In this document: piece after piece, positions 48,001 through 61,409 of the stretch
How the letters are laid out: each line of letters opens with the position of its first letter
Position numbering within the stretch: the first letter of the stretch is position 1
From: Malacoraja senta
Taxonomy: Eukaryota
DNA length: 64,000 nucleotides
Assembly (NCBI GenBank): GCA_038087875.1
Contig: CM075990.1
Span: forward strand, 7,006,001 to 7,070,000
Reading direction: 5' to 3'
Notes under the pieces: generated by a model
The model's database searches: none
Told to the model about the DNA's origin: nothing
What the model saw: only the letters and a program-made list of their open reading frames with translations
Program-made: the position numbers and the translations under genes

Positions 48001-48965
48001 GGTCCCCCCCCTCGCCCCTCCTCCTCTTTCCTCCCTCCCTCCTCTCCTCTCCTATCCCCCCTCCCTCGCCCGCCCCCCTCCATCCTCCCCCTCTCTCCCT
48101 ACTCCCTCTCCCGCCCCTCATCCTCTCCCCTCCCCCCCCTGATCCCCCTCCCTGACCCCCCCATCCTCTCCCTCCCCTCTCTCCCTCCCTCTCCCTTCTC
48201 CCTCACCCTCCCCCCCCTCCCTGATTCCCCTCCCCCCTATCCCTGACCCCCCCATCCTCTCCCCTCCCTCCCCCCCTCCCTGATCCCCCTCCCCCTCCCT
48301 GACCCCCCTCCCTGACCCCCCTCCCTGACCCCCCCCCCATCCTCTCCCTCTCCCTTCTCCCTCCCCCCTCTCCCTCCCCCTTCTCCCCTCCCTCCCTCCC
48401 CATCCTCTCCCCTCCCTCCCTGCCTCCCCATCCTCTCCCCCTCCCTCCCTCCCCATCCTCTCCCCTCCCTCCCCATCCTCTCCCCTCCCTCCCTGCCTCC
48501 CCATCCTCTCCCCCTCCCTCCCTCCCCATCCTCTCCCCTCCCTCCCTCCCCATCCTCTCCCCTCCCTCCCTGCCTCCCCATCCTCTCCCCCTCCCTCCCT
48601 CCCCATCCTCTCCCCTCCCTCCCCATCCTCTCCCCTCCCTCCCTGCCTCCCCATCCTCTCCCCTCCCTCCCTGCCTCCCCATCCTCTCCCCCTCCCTCCC
48701 TCCCCATCCTCTCCCCTCCCTCCCCATCCTCTCCCCTCCCTCCCTGCCTCCCCATCCTCTCCCCCTCCCTCCCTCCCCATCCTCTCCCCCTCCCTCCCTC
48801 CCCATCCTCTCCCCTCCCTCCCTGCCTCCCCATCCTCTCCCCCTCCCTCCTCTCTGTCCTACCCCTCCTCTCTCCTCCCCTGCCTCTCCACACCCCCACC
48901 CCTCCCCCGCCCTCTCTCCACCCCCCCCCCCCTCCCTCCTCTCTCCTCCTCTCCCACCCTCTCCC
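48001..48965. repeat. ~1-kb polypyrimidine (C-rich) low-complexity / minisatellite tract
   Basis: Repeats of ccccatcctctcccctccct(ccctgcct). Confidence 0.95.
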
Positions 48966-49239
48966 ATTCAGGGTCCCACCTTCTGCCACCCTGGCGTTCC
49001 ATCTTTTCCACCCTCTGCCACCCTGGAGTCCCACCGTGGGATATTGTCCTCCTCATCCCTGCCATCCCTAGGGCTCCCACTGACTCCCCACCGCCCCCAA
49101 TCCTGGGGACTGTTGTCTCTCCCCCCCCCCCACCCCCCCAAATCCTGGGAGACCAACGTGTTGAGTCCCTCCCCCAGATCCCAGGGTCTGTCATCTCCAG
49201 TTCTCCTCGAATAATCCTCTAAACCAATGTATCTCTCCC

Positions 49240-50200
49240 CCCCCCCCCCCAGTGATTCTGGGCTCAGTGTCTACCCCAGTAATCCTGGGATCATTGTATC
49301 TACCCCAGAAATCCTAGGTGGACAAAAATGCTGGAGGAACTCAGCAGGTGAGGCAGCATCTATGGAGAGAAAAAATAGGCGAACTTTCGGGTCTAGACCC
49401 TTCTTCAGACCCCAGTAATCCTGGGACCATTGTGTCTATCCTAGTAATCATAGGATCAGTGTCTCTCCCAGTAATCCTGGGATCAGTCTCTCTCCCCAGT
49501 AAATTTGGGACGAGTCTCTACCCCAGTAATCATGGGATCTGTGACACTCTCCCCAGTAATCCTGTGATCAGCATGTCTCTCCCTAGTAATCCTGGGATCT
49601 ATGTCTACCCCAGTAATCCTGGGATGAGTGCTTCTCTACTCAGTAATTCTGGGATCTGTGTCTACCCCAGTAATTCTGGGATCATTGGCTCTCCCAGTAA
49701 TCCTGGGATCAGAGTTTCTCTCCCCAGTAATCCCTGGATCAGTCTCCCTCTCCCTCTCTCTCTTCCCAGTAAATTTGGGAAGAATGTCTACCCCAGTAAT
49801 TCTGGGATCCGTGACTCTCTCCCCAGTAGTCTTGGGATCGGCGTGTCTCTCCCTTGTGGGATCAGTGTCTACCGCAGACATCTTGGAATCAGTGTCTATC
49901 CCAGTAATCCTGGGCTCAGTGTGCCTACCCCAGTAATCCTGGGCTCAGTGTGTCTATCCCAGTAATCCTGGGCTCAGTGTGTCTACCCCAGTAATCCTGG
50001 GAACAGTCTCCCCTCAGTAATCCTGGGGTCTGTGTCTACCCCAGTAATCCTGGGGTCTGTATCTACCCCAGTAATCCTGGGATCAGTGTATCTATCCCAG
50101 TAATCCTGGGATCAGTGTGTGTCCCCCTGGTAATCCTGGGGGATCAGTCTCCCCCCCAATAATCCTGGGATCAGTGTATCTCTTCCCATTAATCCTGGAA
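49240..50200. repeat. ~29-bp minisatellite (ccccagtaatcctgggatcagtgtgtcta)
   Basis: Many degenerate units, interrupted by a Penelope mini-element at ~49320-49410. Confidence 0.9.
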
Positions 50201-50304
50201 GATCAGTTTAACTCTCCCACTATATCCTTGAGGAACCAATCCCCCACCAATATTCCTGGAATCCTATTTTTGACCAGTGAAGTCTTCCCTTTAATCTTCT
50301 ACAC

Positions 50305-50735
50305 CCAGCGGTTGTTGCCAGGATTCAAGGGGCTGAGCTATAGGTTGAGGTTGGGCAGGTTAGGACTCTATTCGTTGAAGCGCAGGAGGGGTGTATAATA
50401 TCATGAGGGGAATAGATAGGGGTAATGCAAGTCTTTTATCGGGGGGGGGGGGTGTTCAAGAACTAGAGGGCGTATGTTTCAGGTGAGAGGTGATAGGTGT
50501 AATAGGAACCTGAGGGACAGTTTTATCACACAGAGGGTGATGGGTATATGGAACGAGCTGTCAGGAGGTAGTTGAGGCACGTACTATAACAGCATTGAAA
50601 AGACATTTGAACAGGTACATGATTGGGAAGGTTTAGAGGCTTGTGGGACAAACACGAGCAAATGGGACCAGTTAGGGATTGGGCATCGTGGATAAATTGG
50701 GTGAAGTGACTGTTTCCGTGCAGTGTGACTCTATA
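50305..50735 (+). mobile_element. Old CR1 3' fragment
   Basis: RLLPGFKGLSY...RLGLYSL and CR1 tail. Confidence 0.7.
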
Positions 50736-53700
50736 TGACCCAGCAGATGAGAAGGTCCGTCTTCATGCAATAACACGACCCCCTGTTTAACATGGGATAG
50801 TCCCTTCGTATTGTCTACTATCGATATCGCTTCCTCCCCTGATACTGAAATAGATGATCCCCACCAACCCTTATCACCGCTTCACCCTGACTACCTTCTA
50901 CCCTCCCCCCCCTCCCCTCCCCTCCCCTCCCCTCCCCTCCCCTCCCCTCCCCTCCCCTCCCCTCCCTCTCCAACTCTCAACCCTCTCTTCCTTCCCGATT
51001 CCCCTTTGCACCATCAGCAATGGTCTGCAAGAATATCCTACCCCCTCCTCTCTCCCCCCTCCCTCTCTTCCTCCTCTCTCCTCCCCCGCCCTCTCTCCAC
51101 CCCTCCCCCGCCCTCTCCCCCTCCTCTCTCCTCTCCCATTCAGGGTCCCACCTTCTGTCACCCTGGCGTTCCATCTTTTCCACCCTCTGCCACCCTGGAG
51201 TCCCACCGTGGGATACCGTCCTCCTCATCCCTGCCATCCCCACGGCTCCCACTGACTCCCCAACGCTCCCTTCCAAACCCCTGGAATGATTTGCAAAGCC
51301 CTTTGACTTTCACCCGAGCCCTCTGTTTCTCCAGTGGCCGTCTGTTCACAGTCTTGTCTTCTATCCGCGCACCCACACACGCGCTTTGGGGACACTAGAG
51401 TCTCTGGGACAGAGGATTCTGCCCAGAGGACTCTTTAATGCAAGGCATGACCAAGCGGTTTACACAATCGCCGGGATCTTTGATTGTGATCGTGCTCGAA
51501 GAATCCCCTGTTTATTTATAAACATTGGGACAAATGTGCGTTTTGTAGAACTTGAAATTATTTGCATTTCTTCACTGTTGATATTTCCGATAGCTTGATG
51601 TTTTTTTGAATAATTCGGTGATACTTTGACAGCCCCTCCCTCCCCATCTCATTGTTCATCGTCCCTTTCTGAACCCATCATTTTGTGATCCCTTTTGTCT
51701 GCATTAAAACCATGTCACTTTCAATCCGATGCGAGGATAAAGCGACACCTTAAATTTTAGCAGCGCCTCTCCAAATGGAAAGCATTCGACAGACATAACA
51801 AAAATGCTCAAAAGCTTAGCGACTGTCAATTTACCAGGCGGATACCGTTTCACTGAAAACTATTATTGTAGATCCTTTTGATTTCACGCCTGTATTTATT
51901 AGAAGCCAGTTGATTTTTTATATTGTGTTAATTATGGTACATGTATTTGTTTGTTTATATTTGTAACGACCGGATAATATTTGTTTAAATTTGCTCTTCG
52001 TGGCGAATGGATCGGAGCTTGTTCTCCCGATTGCAAGACAAATGTGACACGCTCCAGTTGTCGTATTTACTCCATATCCCTCGCTCTCTTCCCCGTTGCC
52101 ACTCCTACCCTCCCCCGTTGTTCCTTTGTTTGCGCTATTCGGTGTAGCGCAAAAATACAGCGATCAATAACTTTGGAGAATTGCGTCTTTATCGGCCCTG
52201 TTGCTGTGGAAATGTTGAAAGGTCTTTACAGGTAGTTGCGCGTTACCTGATGTCGAATGCAGTGGCTTCGGTTAAATTGTTATGGTTCTGTCCATTTTTA
52301 TGTTTTTTAGGAAAGCGAGGTTCAAAAACAGTCGTAGTTTTTAAGTTTAGGTTAAATCGTTTCAAGAAACAGAATTTGGATGGGAATTTGGACTTCGATT
52401 ATTTTTGATAATTGTTATTTTTGGGCATGCTTAGATGTTTACAGACATCTTAGATGTTTATAGAGTTAGCCTAGGAAAAATATGCTATAAAATATTTTGC
52501 ATAAATAGTTAATTACATTCTTCTTGATCTACAAAAAACCCTGACTTCATCTTTGATAATTCAACTCTATCCAAATTTAAATTCACCACAAGCATATATA
52601 TTTTGCATCTATCATTTACAAGCCCTGTCATCATTTGATTGTATGAAATATTTGTTCCAATAAGATATCGTGACTTATAAACACCATCTGTCTCTTCAAA
52701 ACTCTGTTTATCAGGTTTGTTGAATCCTTTTAATACAGCTTTTGTTTTTTAAGATGGTGCAGAATAGCTCTCTCCGTTGTTAATATCTGGCTCTGTGATT
52801 GCTGGGTTTGAAGTCATTTTTAAATTTGTAAACAAAATTTGTGTACCATGGAATGGTAAATTTAGTGAGGTTTCGAAGTGCCAGGAAAGATATATTTTGT
52901 ACATTGTTAGTTTGTGACTTTGTGATTGCTGCCTGTTTGAAGTCTTTTTTCTGTTATTTGTAAATAATATTTGTGTATATTCAAATTGTTTTTGTGGTAA
53001 ATTTAGAGGGCTTTAGAGGTGCAAGGAAAGATATTTTGGACTTCATTGAATGCATTAACATGCAGGATGAAGGAGCTTTATCATGTTGATTTTATTTGCA
53101 ATTTGAACATATTTCTTTCTTTTATGGTTGTGATTATAGTGCACTGTACTTAAAATATATCAAAACTTTGAATGTGAGTATTGTCAGTATTGTAGTTTCA
53201 TCCATAACTTGCAGATATTGGAGTGGGTGTTGAGACTTAGTAGCTTACCTGCTTATCAACTGGTCTACCTTAAATTTCACAACCGAGGTGGAGTGGTGCA
53301 TGCTAATTTAATCCTGTTGGTCTCTGGACATTTGGATGCCATTTTTACATTTGTGTACAATGTTTGCATTGATTTCCTATAACGACAGCTGTGCAGCATG
53401 TAAACCCTAAAAAGAAGGGGATTGTACTTTTAAATAGTCTAGCTAGAAATGTCTTACAGGGTTGTTCCCACAGAACAACTTAAATGACAAGGGAAATGGT
53501 CACGTGCCAGCTTTTACTTCAGTTTGAAGGTCATGTTGGTGACGCTCATAAACATTGCAAATGGCCTCAAATTTTATGCTCAAAATATACTCTTACAGAA
53601 TGCAGTGGAGTAAGAGAAAGGAGGAGAACTTCAAAGTAGGCATACCTTGAGGAAATTTCGGTGGAGTAGAGAGAGAGGAAAACTTCTTCAAAGTAGGCAT

Positions 53701-53910
53701 GAGAGAGGAGGAGGTCTGAAGAAGGGTCTCGACCCGAAACGTCACCTATTCCTTCGCTCCATAGATGCTGCCTCACCCGCTGAGTTTCTCCAGCATTTTT
53801 GTCTACCTGACAGAATGCAGGATCATTTGCTTTAATTTTTTACCCTGACATTTCACAAGTGAATTATACAAGAAATGTATCAATTTTATGGACTCAATGT
53901 ACTGGAGTAA

Positions 53911-54702
53911 AGGCCCTGTCCCACGGGCAGGCGGTTCCAGGCGGTAATCGCGGCGTCCCCGGAAGCGGGCACCGCGCGGCTGCTGCGGGAGGGCCGCGCG
54001 GGGGCCGAGTGATCACCGTACGGCCGGTCCCACGAGCATGCGAATGCATGCGGCAAGCGCAACCTTACCGGAAACGGTTGCCGCGCGGATGCCGGGTGAT
54101 CACCGCACGGCCTGTCCCACGAGCATGCGAATGCATGCGGCGATCGCGAACTTACCGGAAGCGGGGGGTGCGCGGACGTCCATTTTGAGCAAAGTCTGTT
54201 TGAAGCTTGAGCCTGACGCCATTTTGTTGCAGGTTGATCACCTCACCTGGGAAGAACTCCGTTTCAAAAAACGCGGTAAAATCTTAAACTGTTGAGGTCT
54301 TAGATCTCGCGCGGTTTTAATGTGATCAGGTAAAAGGCGGGCCTACTGAGAATGGATGTCGCGCGGCGTCGGGTGATGACGTCAGCGCGTAACGCAACGT
54401 GCTAGCCTACTCCGTCGAGACGGCACGCGGCGTCCAGGTGGTGCTCGCGGCGTCCAGGTGGTGCTCACGGCGTCCAGGTGATGCTCACGGCGTCCAGGCG
54501 GTGCTCACGGCGTCGAGGCGGCAGCGGGGCGGCAGGCCGTTGACGCACGGGATTTTTGGACAGTCAGTTTTTCTGAGCCCCGCGCGGTGTCGGGATCAAC
54601 TACATACGGCTCCGGTGATCTGCGTGGGACCAACCCCGCGGGCCCCGCTTCCTGCTACGCTGCGCTTACCGCCTTGAACCACCTGCTCGTGGGACAGGGC
54701 CT
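53911..54702. mobile_element. 792-bp CpG-rich PIF/Harbinger-type MITE
   Basis: TIRs aggccctgtcccacg(g/a)gcagg match 20 of 21; TAA at 53908-53910 and 54703-54705. Confidence 0.9.
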
Positions 54703-56994
54703 TAACTGATAGATCAGGCAGCATCTCTGGAGAAAATTGATATTTTGTCAATTTTCTTATTCTATCTATATTTTCCAGACATGCTGCCTGACCCGCTGAG
54801 TTACTCCAGCATTTTGTATCTATCTTTGGTATAAACCCGTATTTGTAGTTCCTTTTTATTACATTATGAATTTTATGGAGTTCATGCAATGTTTATGTGT
54901 CTGTAAGCATGCAAAGTGCAAGTTTAAATAAACCCATCTTTGAGCAAGGCTACTTTCGACCCAGTATATTTTGTGTGTGGTTTGACTATGTTGAAATGGA
55001 ACTATTTTTACCTCCATTTGCGGGAATACAAGTTAATTGTGTGGATGCCGTCAATGTTTGCTTAGTGAACAGATTACAGTGCAGTTGGCATTGATTTAAA
55101 AGTGACAGGTGAAACGTCCCTCATCTGCCAGATTTCTTTTGCAACAATAACTTAACATGATAAGCAACTTGTTCTTGGATTTTCCGAAGATGTTTAGAGC
55201 TAGCGGATTTCTGAGTAAATTACCACGGTGATGGATGGCAATGGAGCCTGGGCCTGATGCCGAGGAGCAGTAACGTATATATTTCACCAAAATAATGAAA
55301 TTTGGGTTCATTCCTGCAACAAATCCATGGAAAGTTCTTGCTTGTCCCTATAGAATCTGAGAAATTCATCTCCAAATCAAAAATAATCCAGGAACTCACC
55401 CGAGCCATTAACAATTGAGGAATATACCTCTTTTAGGAAGAAGTTATTGGGTAAATAGGGTACGTTAAAGTAAAAGCAAATGTCAGGTGAAACAATGGTT
55501 CAATAGTTCTTTATTGTATTGTACTGTGAAAACGCACAATGAAATTCTTCTCTTACATACAGTTCAGGAGAGTATGGACATACCTAAACACAATCCCAGA
55601 TTAGCAAAGTGTACAGAAATAATCCTGCATGCAAGAGGTGCCAGGTTTTGGCGCTATTTTCAAAGTCCATTCCATGCTTTAGATCTTATGAGTGGTCGAT
55701 CCAGGCAGGCCCCAGGCTGCTGCAGGGCCTCCAGCCATCACCTTCCTTGGACATCTAGATCGACAGTGAATGGATGTTACTCTCTTTGAGCCTCCATCTT
55801 TATTCCCCGGGGTCGCCTCTCACAGCCGACCTTGAAGGTGCTGGAGGCCAGACTCCGGTCCCTCTCCAACCGGCATAGCTCCTTGTCCGTCACATCCACC
55901 ATTGTCACTGGCTGCATCCTCAATAGTTCAATAATACTTTACTTGTGAAATATACAACTGCACAATGACATCCTTTTTGCATAGATTACACCAGCGGGTG
56001 CCACCACGTTGTGGCGCCATTCTTCAAAGTTGGGTTGGCCTGCATGCTCGGTGTACTGGAGCAGTTCCCGTGAACCAATGTCCATCTCTCTTTGCCCGGC
56101 CTTCTTTGTGCCCCAGGGGCGCCTCCTGCAGCCGACCATGAAGGCGCTGGAGGCATTACCCTGGTTCACCCTCCTAACGGCCCTTGCTCCTGGCATCCGA
56201 CATCTCCAGCTTCTTCCTGATCCCGCTGACCGACGAGCGTTTCGGTGAGTTCCTGGTCCCGCTGACCGACGAGCTTTCGGGCGAGTTCCCGGTCCCGCCG
56301 ACTGACGAGCCAGGCGTGCGTGTTGGTGGTCCTGCCGATTGACGAATCTTCAGGCGTATCCCAGTCCCATCGACCAACTAGCCTTCGGGTGTATCTTTGT
56401 AGCCGTTTTTTTCTTATTGTATCACCCAAAGTAATTTACTGGCCTAGTGTTCACTGCATGATGTGGTAGCCAATCCACAGGTTCTGTTTTCTGGAGGACA
56501 AATCACCTCCTGACATTGTGTGTAGGTATGGCCTTGTATAACAATTGTTACCCTGCCTTTTTTCTAAACAATTAACTGGGCCAGACTGTTAACTGGGACA
56601 CATGCTATTACATTCACCTTGAATCTCAGCTTGCAATTAAATGCTTCTGTAAAGTTCAGACTCGCAGTTCTGTTGCCTGCCTTGATAAAGAAGATGTATT
56701 ACTTCAGAACATGATCTACAGCCTTTTAAATAATTTTCAAATCTTGCTATCGCTCACTTTGAGCTGGAGATACAATCTTCTAAAAGGACAACATGCCGTA
56801 AGTAATGTGTTCCACCAGGAACATGTTTTTCCTTTAATGTACCCTATTTACCCCATTGTTGCTCAAGTAGTTTCAATATGTGCATGAAAACATAAATTTC
56901 TCCTGCTTTTTCTACCCTTTAGTGCATTTTGCTGTAATGCTTGTTTGTTGAGAATTGACCCTGCATGTGAGCACCACATATCTAAGTTAAACAT

Positions 56995-57452
56995 CATGGT
57001 GCAGTGGATAGAGCTGCTGCCTCAGTGACAGTGCCGGAGACCCAGTTATGATCCTTATCTTATGAGCTGTCTATGTTAAACTCAGTTACTCAGTTACACA
57101 GCTCAAAGACCTGCTTCCTCACAGAGTCAAGAGACCACGGGAGCTGTCTTTAAGGAGTTTGTACATTCTCACTGTGACCGTGTCGGTTTCCTCTGAGTAC
57201 TATTGTAGATGGGACATGTTGGTCGGTGTTGGCCAGGCCTGTTTCCACACTGTCTGACTCTATGAATCCGGTTTCCTCCCACATTCCAAAGTCATCCAGT
57301 TTGTAGATTAGTTGCCCACTTTAAAATTGCCCTTGTGTGCAGGGAAGAGATGAGAAAGTGGGATAACATAGAACTTGGGTGCACGGGTGATCGATGGTTG
57401 GCGTGGACTTGGCGGGCCAAAGGGTCTATTTCCATGCTGTATGTCTAAACTA
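56995..57452 (+). mobile_element. Rearranged V-SINE with nested CR1 tail fragment
   Basis: SINE head partly duplicated; CR1 tail at ~57205-57265; SINE tail at ~57400-57452. Confidence 0.65.
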
Positions 57453-57902
57453 ATTGAGGACCACTCCATCAGCAAAGAAGTATTGTGCATTGTCTTTGTA
57501 TCATCTGCAAATTTACACTCCTCACTTCCAACAAATGTGCGTTAATCATTTAATGAATCAAATTATAATCCCAACAAGAATTCATGAGTGATGTCCTTAA
57601 TTACTTGCCACCAAACAAATCATAAATGTCTTTTTGACTTTGCTTTGCAAACCCATTCCAAATTCATCGTAACAAAACGTTTGTAGGGATTCTTCAATCT
57701 TTTGGTGAAACCTCGTTGTGTGATACATCATCAAAAGCTTTTTGGAAGTCTGAATTGGTAAGAATGCATACTTTCTTCTGTCACCAGCTTTATAATGTGT
57801 AGTGTGATTTGTGTGATGTTTTATTATGGAGCTGAACTGTGTCCTTGAGTTCCATGGCGTGACTGAACATGAAATATCAAGGTGATCTGGAATTTAGAAG
57901 TG

Positions 57903-58485
57903 TTTCAAGGTTTCAAGGTTAGTTTATTGTCACATGTACCAATTAAGGTGCAGTGAAATTCGATTTGCCATACTAAAACAAAAGCAACAAGACACACAAC
58001 TACATAAAAGTCAACATAAACATCCACTACAGCAGATTCCCTGCATTCCTCACTGTGATGGAAGGCAATAAAGTCAAATCTTCTTCCTCTTTATTCTCCC
58101 GCGGTCAGGGCAGTCAAACCATCCGCAGTTGGGGCGATCGAAGCTCCTGCGATCCGGGCGATCGAAGCTCCCGCGTCCGGACGGTCGAAGTTCCTGCGGC
58201 TAGGAGCTCCCGAAGTTGGTCTCTAACCAGGGACCGCGAGCTCCACAATGTTAAGTCCTGCAGGCTCCCAAGGTAGGAGCACCCGAAGTCGGTCTCCAGC
58301 AGAGGTCACCAACTCCTCGATATTAGGCAGCAGTGCGGACGGAGATACGATACAGAAAATAATTGCATCTCCGTCGAGGTAAGAGATTGAAAAAAGTTTC
58401 CTCCAAACCCCTCCACCCTCCCACATAAAACAAGCTAAAGAACACTAAAACATACATTTAACACATGCTATCAAACAACAAAGAA
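57903..58485 (-). mobile_element. GC-rich non-autonomous element with Rex1-like tail
   Basis: Minus strand: ccttccatcacagtgagg...aatttcactgcaccttaattggtacatgtgacaataaa plus (ccttgaaa)n. Confidence 0.65.
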
Positions 58486-58800
58486 GGTGTAATAAATATA
58501 GAAAGAAATGGTGGAGATGGACCTCGAGAATCCAACTTGATATGCTCCTTCAATGTGGGATATACATTGCTGTTGGCATGTTATGTACAGCATTGGTCCT
58601 TTTGTCAATTGAAAATTACACTGACTCTTCTATCAGAACCTTGAACCATCCTGCACATCTCTACCTCAGCAATGAACTACAATGGACCTTCCATACCTTT
58701 CACTACGTACTTCTGTTCGAACTATAATAGTCTGGTTATCTAATATTACTGACAATTTATTGTATTATTGATTATTATATTTATTTGACGTCACATTGCA

Positions 58801-60195
58801 TAGTTAGTCTAACATCGGTAGTGGGGAAACTGCTAGAGTCAGTTATTAAAGATGGGATAGCAGCACATTTGGAAAGTGGTGAAATCATTGGACAAAGTCA
58901 GCATGGATTTACGAAAGGTAAATCATGTCTGACGAATCTTATAGAATTTTTCGAGGATGTAACTAGTAGAGTGGATAGGGGAGAACCAGTGGATGTGTTG
59001 TATCTGGACTTTCAGAAGGCTTTCAACAAGGTACCACATAAGAGATTAGTATACAAACTTAAAGCACACGGTATTGGGGGTTCAGTATTGATGTGGATAG
59101 AGAACTGGCTGGCAAACAGGAAGCAAAGAGTGGGAGTAAACGGGTCCTTTTCACAATGGCAGGCAGTGACTAGTGGGGTACCGCAAGGCTCAATGCTGGG
59201 ACCCCAGCTATTTCCAATTTATATTAATGACCTGGATGAGGGAATTGAAGGCAACATCTCCAAGTTTGCGGATGACACTAAGCTGGGGGGCAGTGTTAGC
59301 TGTGAGGAGGATGCTAGGAGACTGCAAGGTGACTTGGATAGGCTGGGTTAGTGGGCAAATGTTTGGCAGATGCAGTATAATGTGGATAAATGTGAGGTTA
59401 TCCACTTTGGTGGCAAAAACAGGAAAGCAGACTATTATCTAAATGGTGGCCGATTAGGAAATGGGCAGCGAGACCTGGGTGTCATGGTACACCAGTCATT
59501 GAAAGTAGGCATGCAGGTGCAGCAGGCAGTGAAGAAAGCGAATGGCATGTTAGCTTTCATAGCAAAAGGATTTGAGTATAGGAGCAGGGAGGTTCTACTG
59601 CAGTTGTACAGGGTCTTGGTGAGACCACACCTGGAGTATTGCGTACAGTTTTGGTCTCCAAATCTGAGGAAGGACATTATAGCCATAGAAGGAGTGCAGA
59701 GAAAGTTCACCAGACTGATTCCTGGGATGTCAGGACTTTCATATGAAGAAAGACTGGATAGACTTGGCTTATACTCGCTAGAATTTAGGAGATTGAGAGG
59801 GGATCTTATAGAAACGTACAAAATTCTTATGGGGTTGGACAGGCTAGATGCAGGAAGATTGTTCCCGATGTTGGGGAAGTCCAGGACAAGGGGTCACAGC
59901 TTAAGGATAAGGGGGAAATCCTTTAAGACCGAGATGAGGAAAAACTTTTTCACACAGAGAGTGGTGAATCTCTGGAACTCTCTGCCACAGAGGGTAGTTG
60001 AGGCCAGTTCATTGGCTATATTTAAGAGGGAGTTAGATGTGGCCCTTGTGGCTAAGGGGATCAGGGGGTATGGAGAGAAGGCAGGTACGGAATACTGAGT
60101 TGGATGATCAGCCATGATCATATTGAATGGCGGTGCAGGCTCGAAGGGCCGAATGGCCTATTCCTGCACCTATTTTCTATGTATCTATGTATCTA
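58801..60195 (+). mobile_element. 5'-truncated HER1-like CR1 copy
   Basis: ORFs 58785-59351 and 59370-60098 form one RT with a premature stop; tail tatgtatc. Confidence 0.95.
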
Positions 60196-61409
60196 TTAAT
60201 GTGTGTCAAATATTGTAATTGAGGCTGTCAATAAAAAAAGCAATATGCAGTGTGTATATGTGGTGGATGGAGAAAAGTGTTTTGTGAAAATTTGCGCTGC
60301 TGTGCTGTGTTAGACACAAAATGCTGGAGAAACTCACCGGGACAGGCAGCATCTCTGGAGAGAAGGAATGGGTGACATTTCAGGTCGAGACCCTTCTTCA
60401 GACTGATGGACGTGTGAGTAAGTCCCGCTGAGTTACTCCCAACATTTTGTGTCTATCTTTGATTTAAACCAGCATTTGCACTTCTTTCCTCCACATAGAC
60501 ATTATAAGGCAGCTATACGACTGAGTTGTTTTGATAGTTTTGCAAGGTTTCACCCTGGTCATTGCCCATGAATCTCACTGTAGTGAAGACATAAGGAACT
60601 GCAGATGTTGGTTTACAAAAAAAGGCACAAAAGTGCTGGAGTCTGAAGAAGGGTCTCAGTCTGATATCTTGTGTATCCGTGTTCTCCAGAGATGTTGCCT
60701 GCCCTGTTGAGCTGCTCCAGCACTTTGTGTAACTTTTTTTAAATCTTGCTATAGTTAATGTGTGTTAAAATCATAAATCACAATATTGGTTTGGCATTTA
60801 AGATTAAGATCAGTAGCTTATATCAATGACCCATCTTTACCCAGTGTTGGCAATATTTTTGTTTGTGGGTTTAGCAAGCACTTTTGACTATTCTTGACAT
60901 GATACCCATAAGACTGTTTCTATGATTGGTGTTTGTTTTCAGTTCAAACATTACACAACACTTCTTTCTTGGTACATTCATTTTAACCTAATGCAGTTTG
61001 ATTATGTCACTTATCTATGTTTGGTCAAGAAAACTGATTTGTCAAATTTTGACTTTTGTTCCCACTCAACAACACACTTTTAAGATGGTCACCAAGTCAT
61101 TCTGGAATCCTTCTGACTTTGCTTATGGATTTCTTCTCTCAGAATGATGCTCTGCATGACCTTGTCACCTTTGTGCCTTTGGAAAATAAATTTGTGAATC
61201 CAAAAGCTTTTCACTGTACCTTGGTACAGGTGACAATAAACTGAATTGAACTAAACTGTTGTGCTCTTGTGCTGACAACAAATATAATATTTTTGACAGC
61301 TGAGGTCGCCTAATGACATCCTGGGGAAAAGAGTTTGGTTAGAAGCAAGCCTTTTTGTATGGTGAATATATTTTCATAGCAGATCGTACCTGTTATGATG
61401 CAATTAATT

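Noticed and set aside
47402-49965. Long Gly/Arg/Glu-rich and PSNPG-repeat ORFs
   Set aside because: Arise from low-complexity and minisatellite DNA that lacks stop codons
52790-53040. Degenerate ~130-bp tandem duplication (also short ones at 26318-26413 and 17619-17668)
   Set aside because: Ordinary local slippage duplications with no further signal
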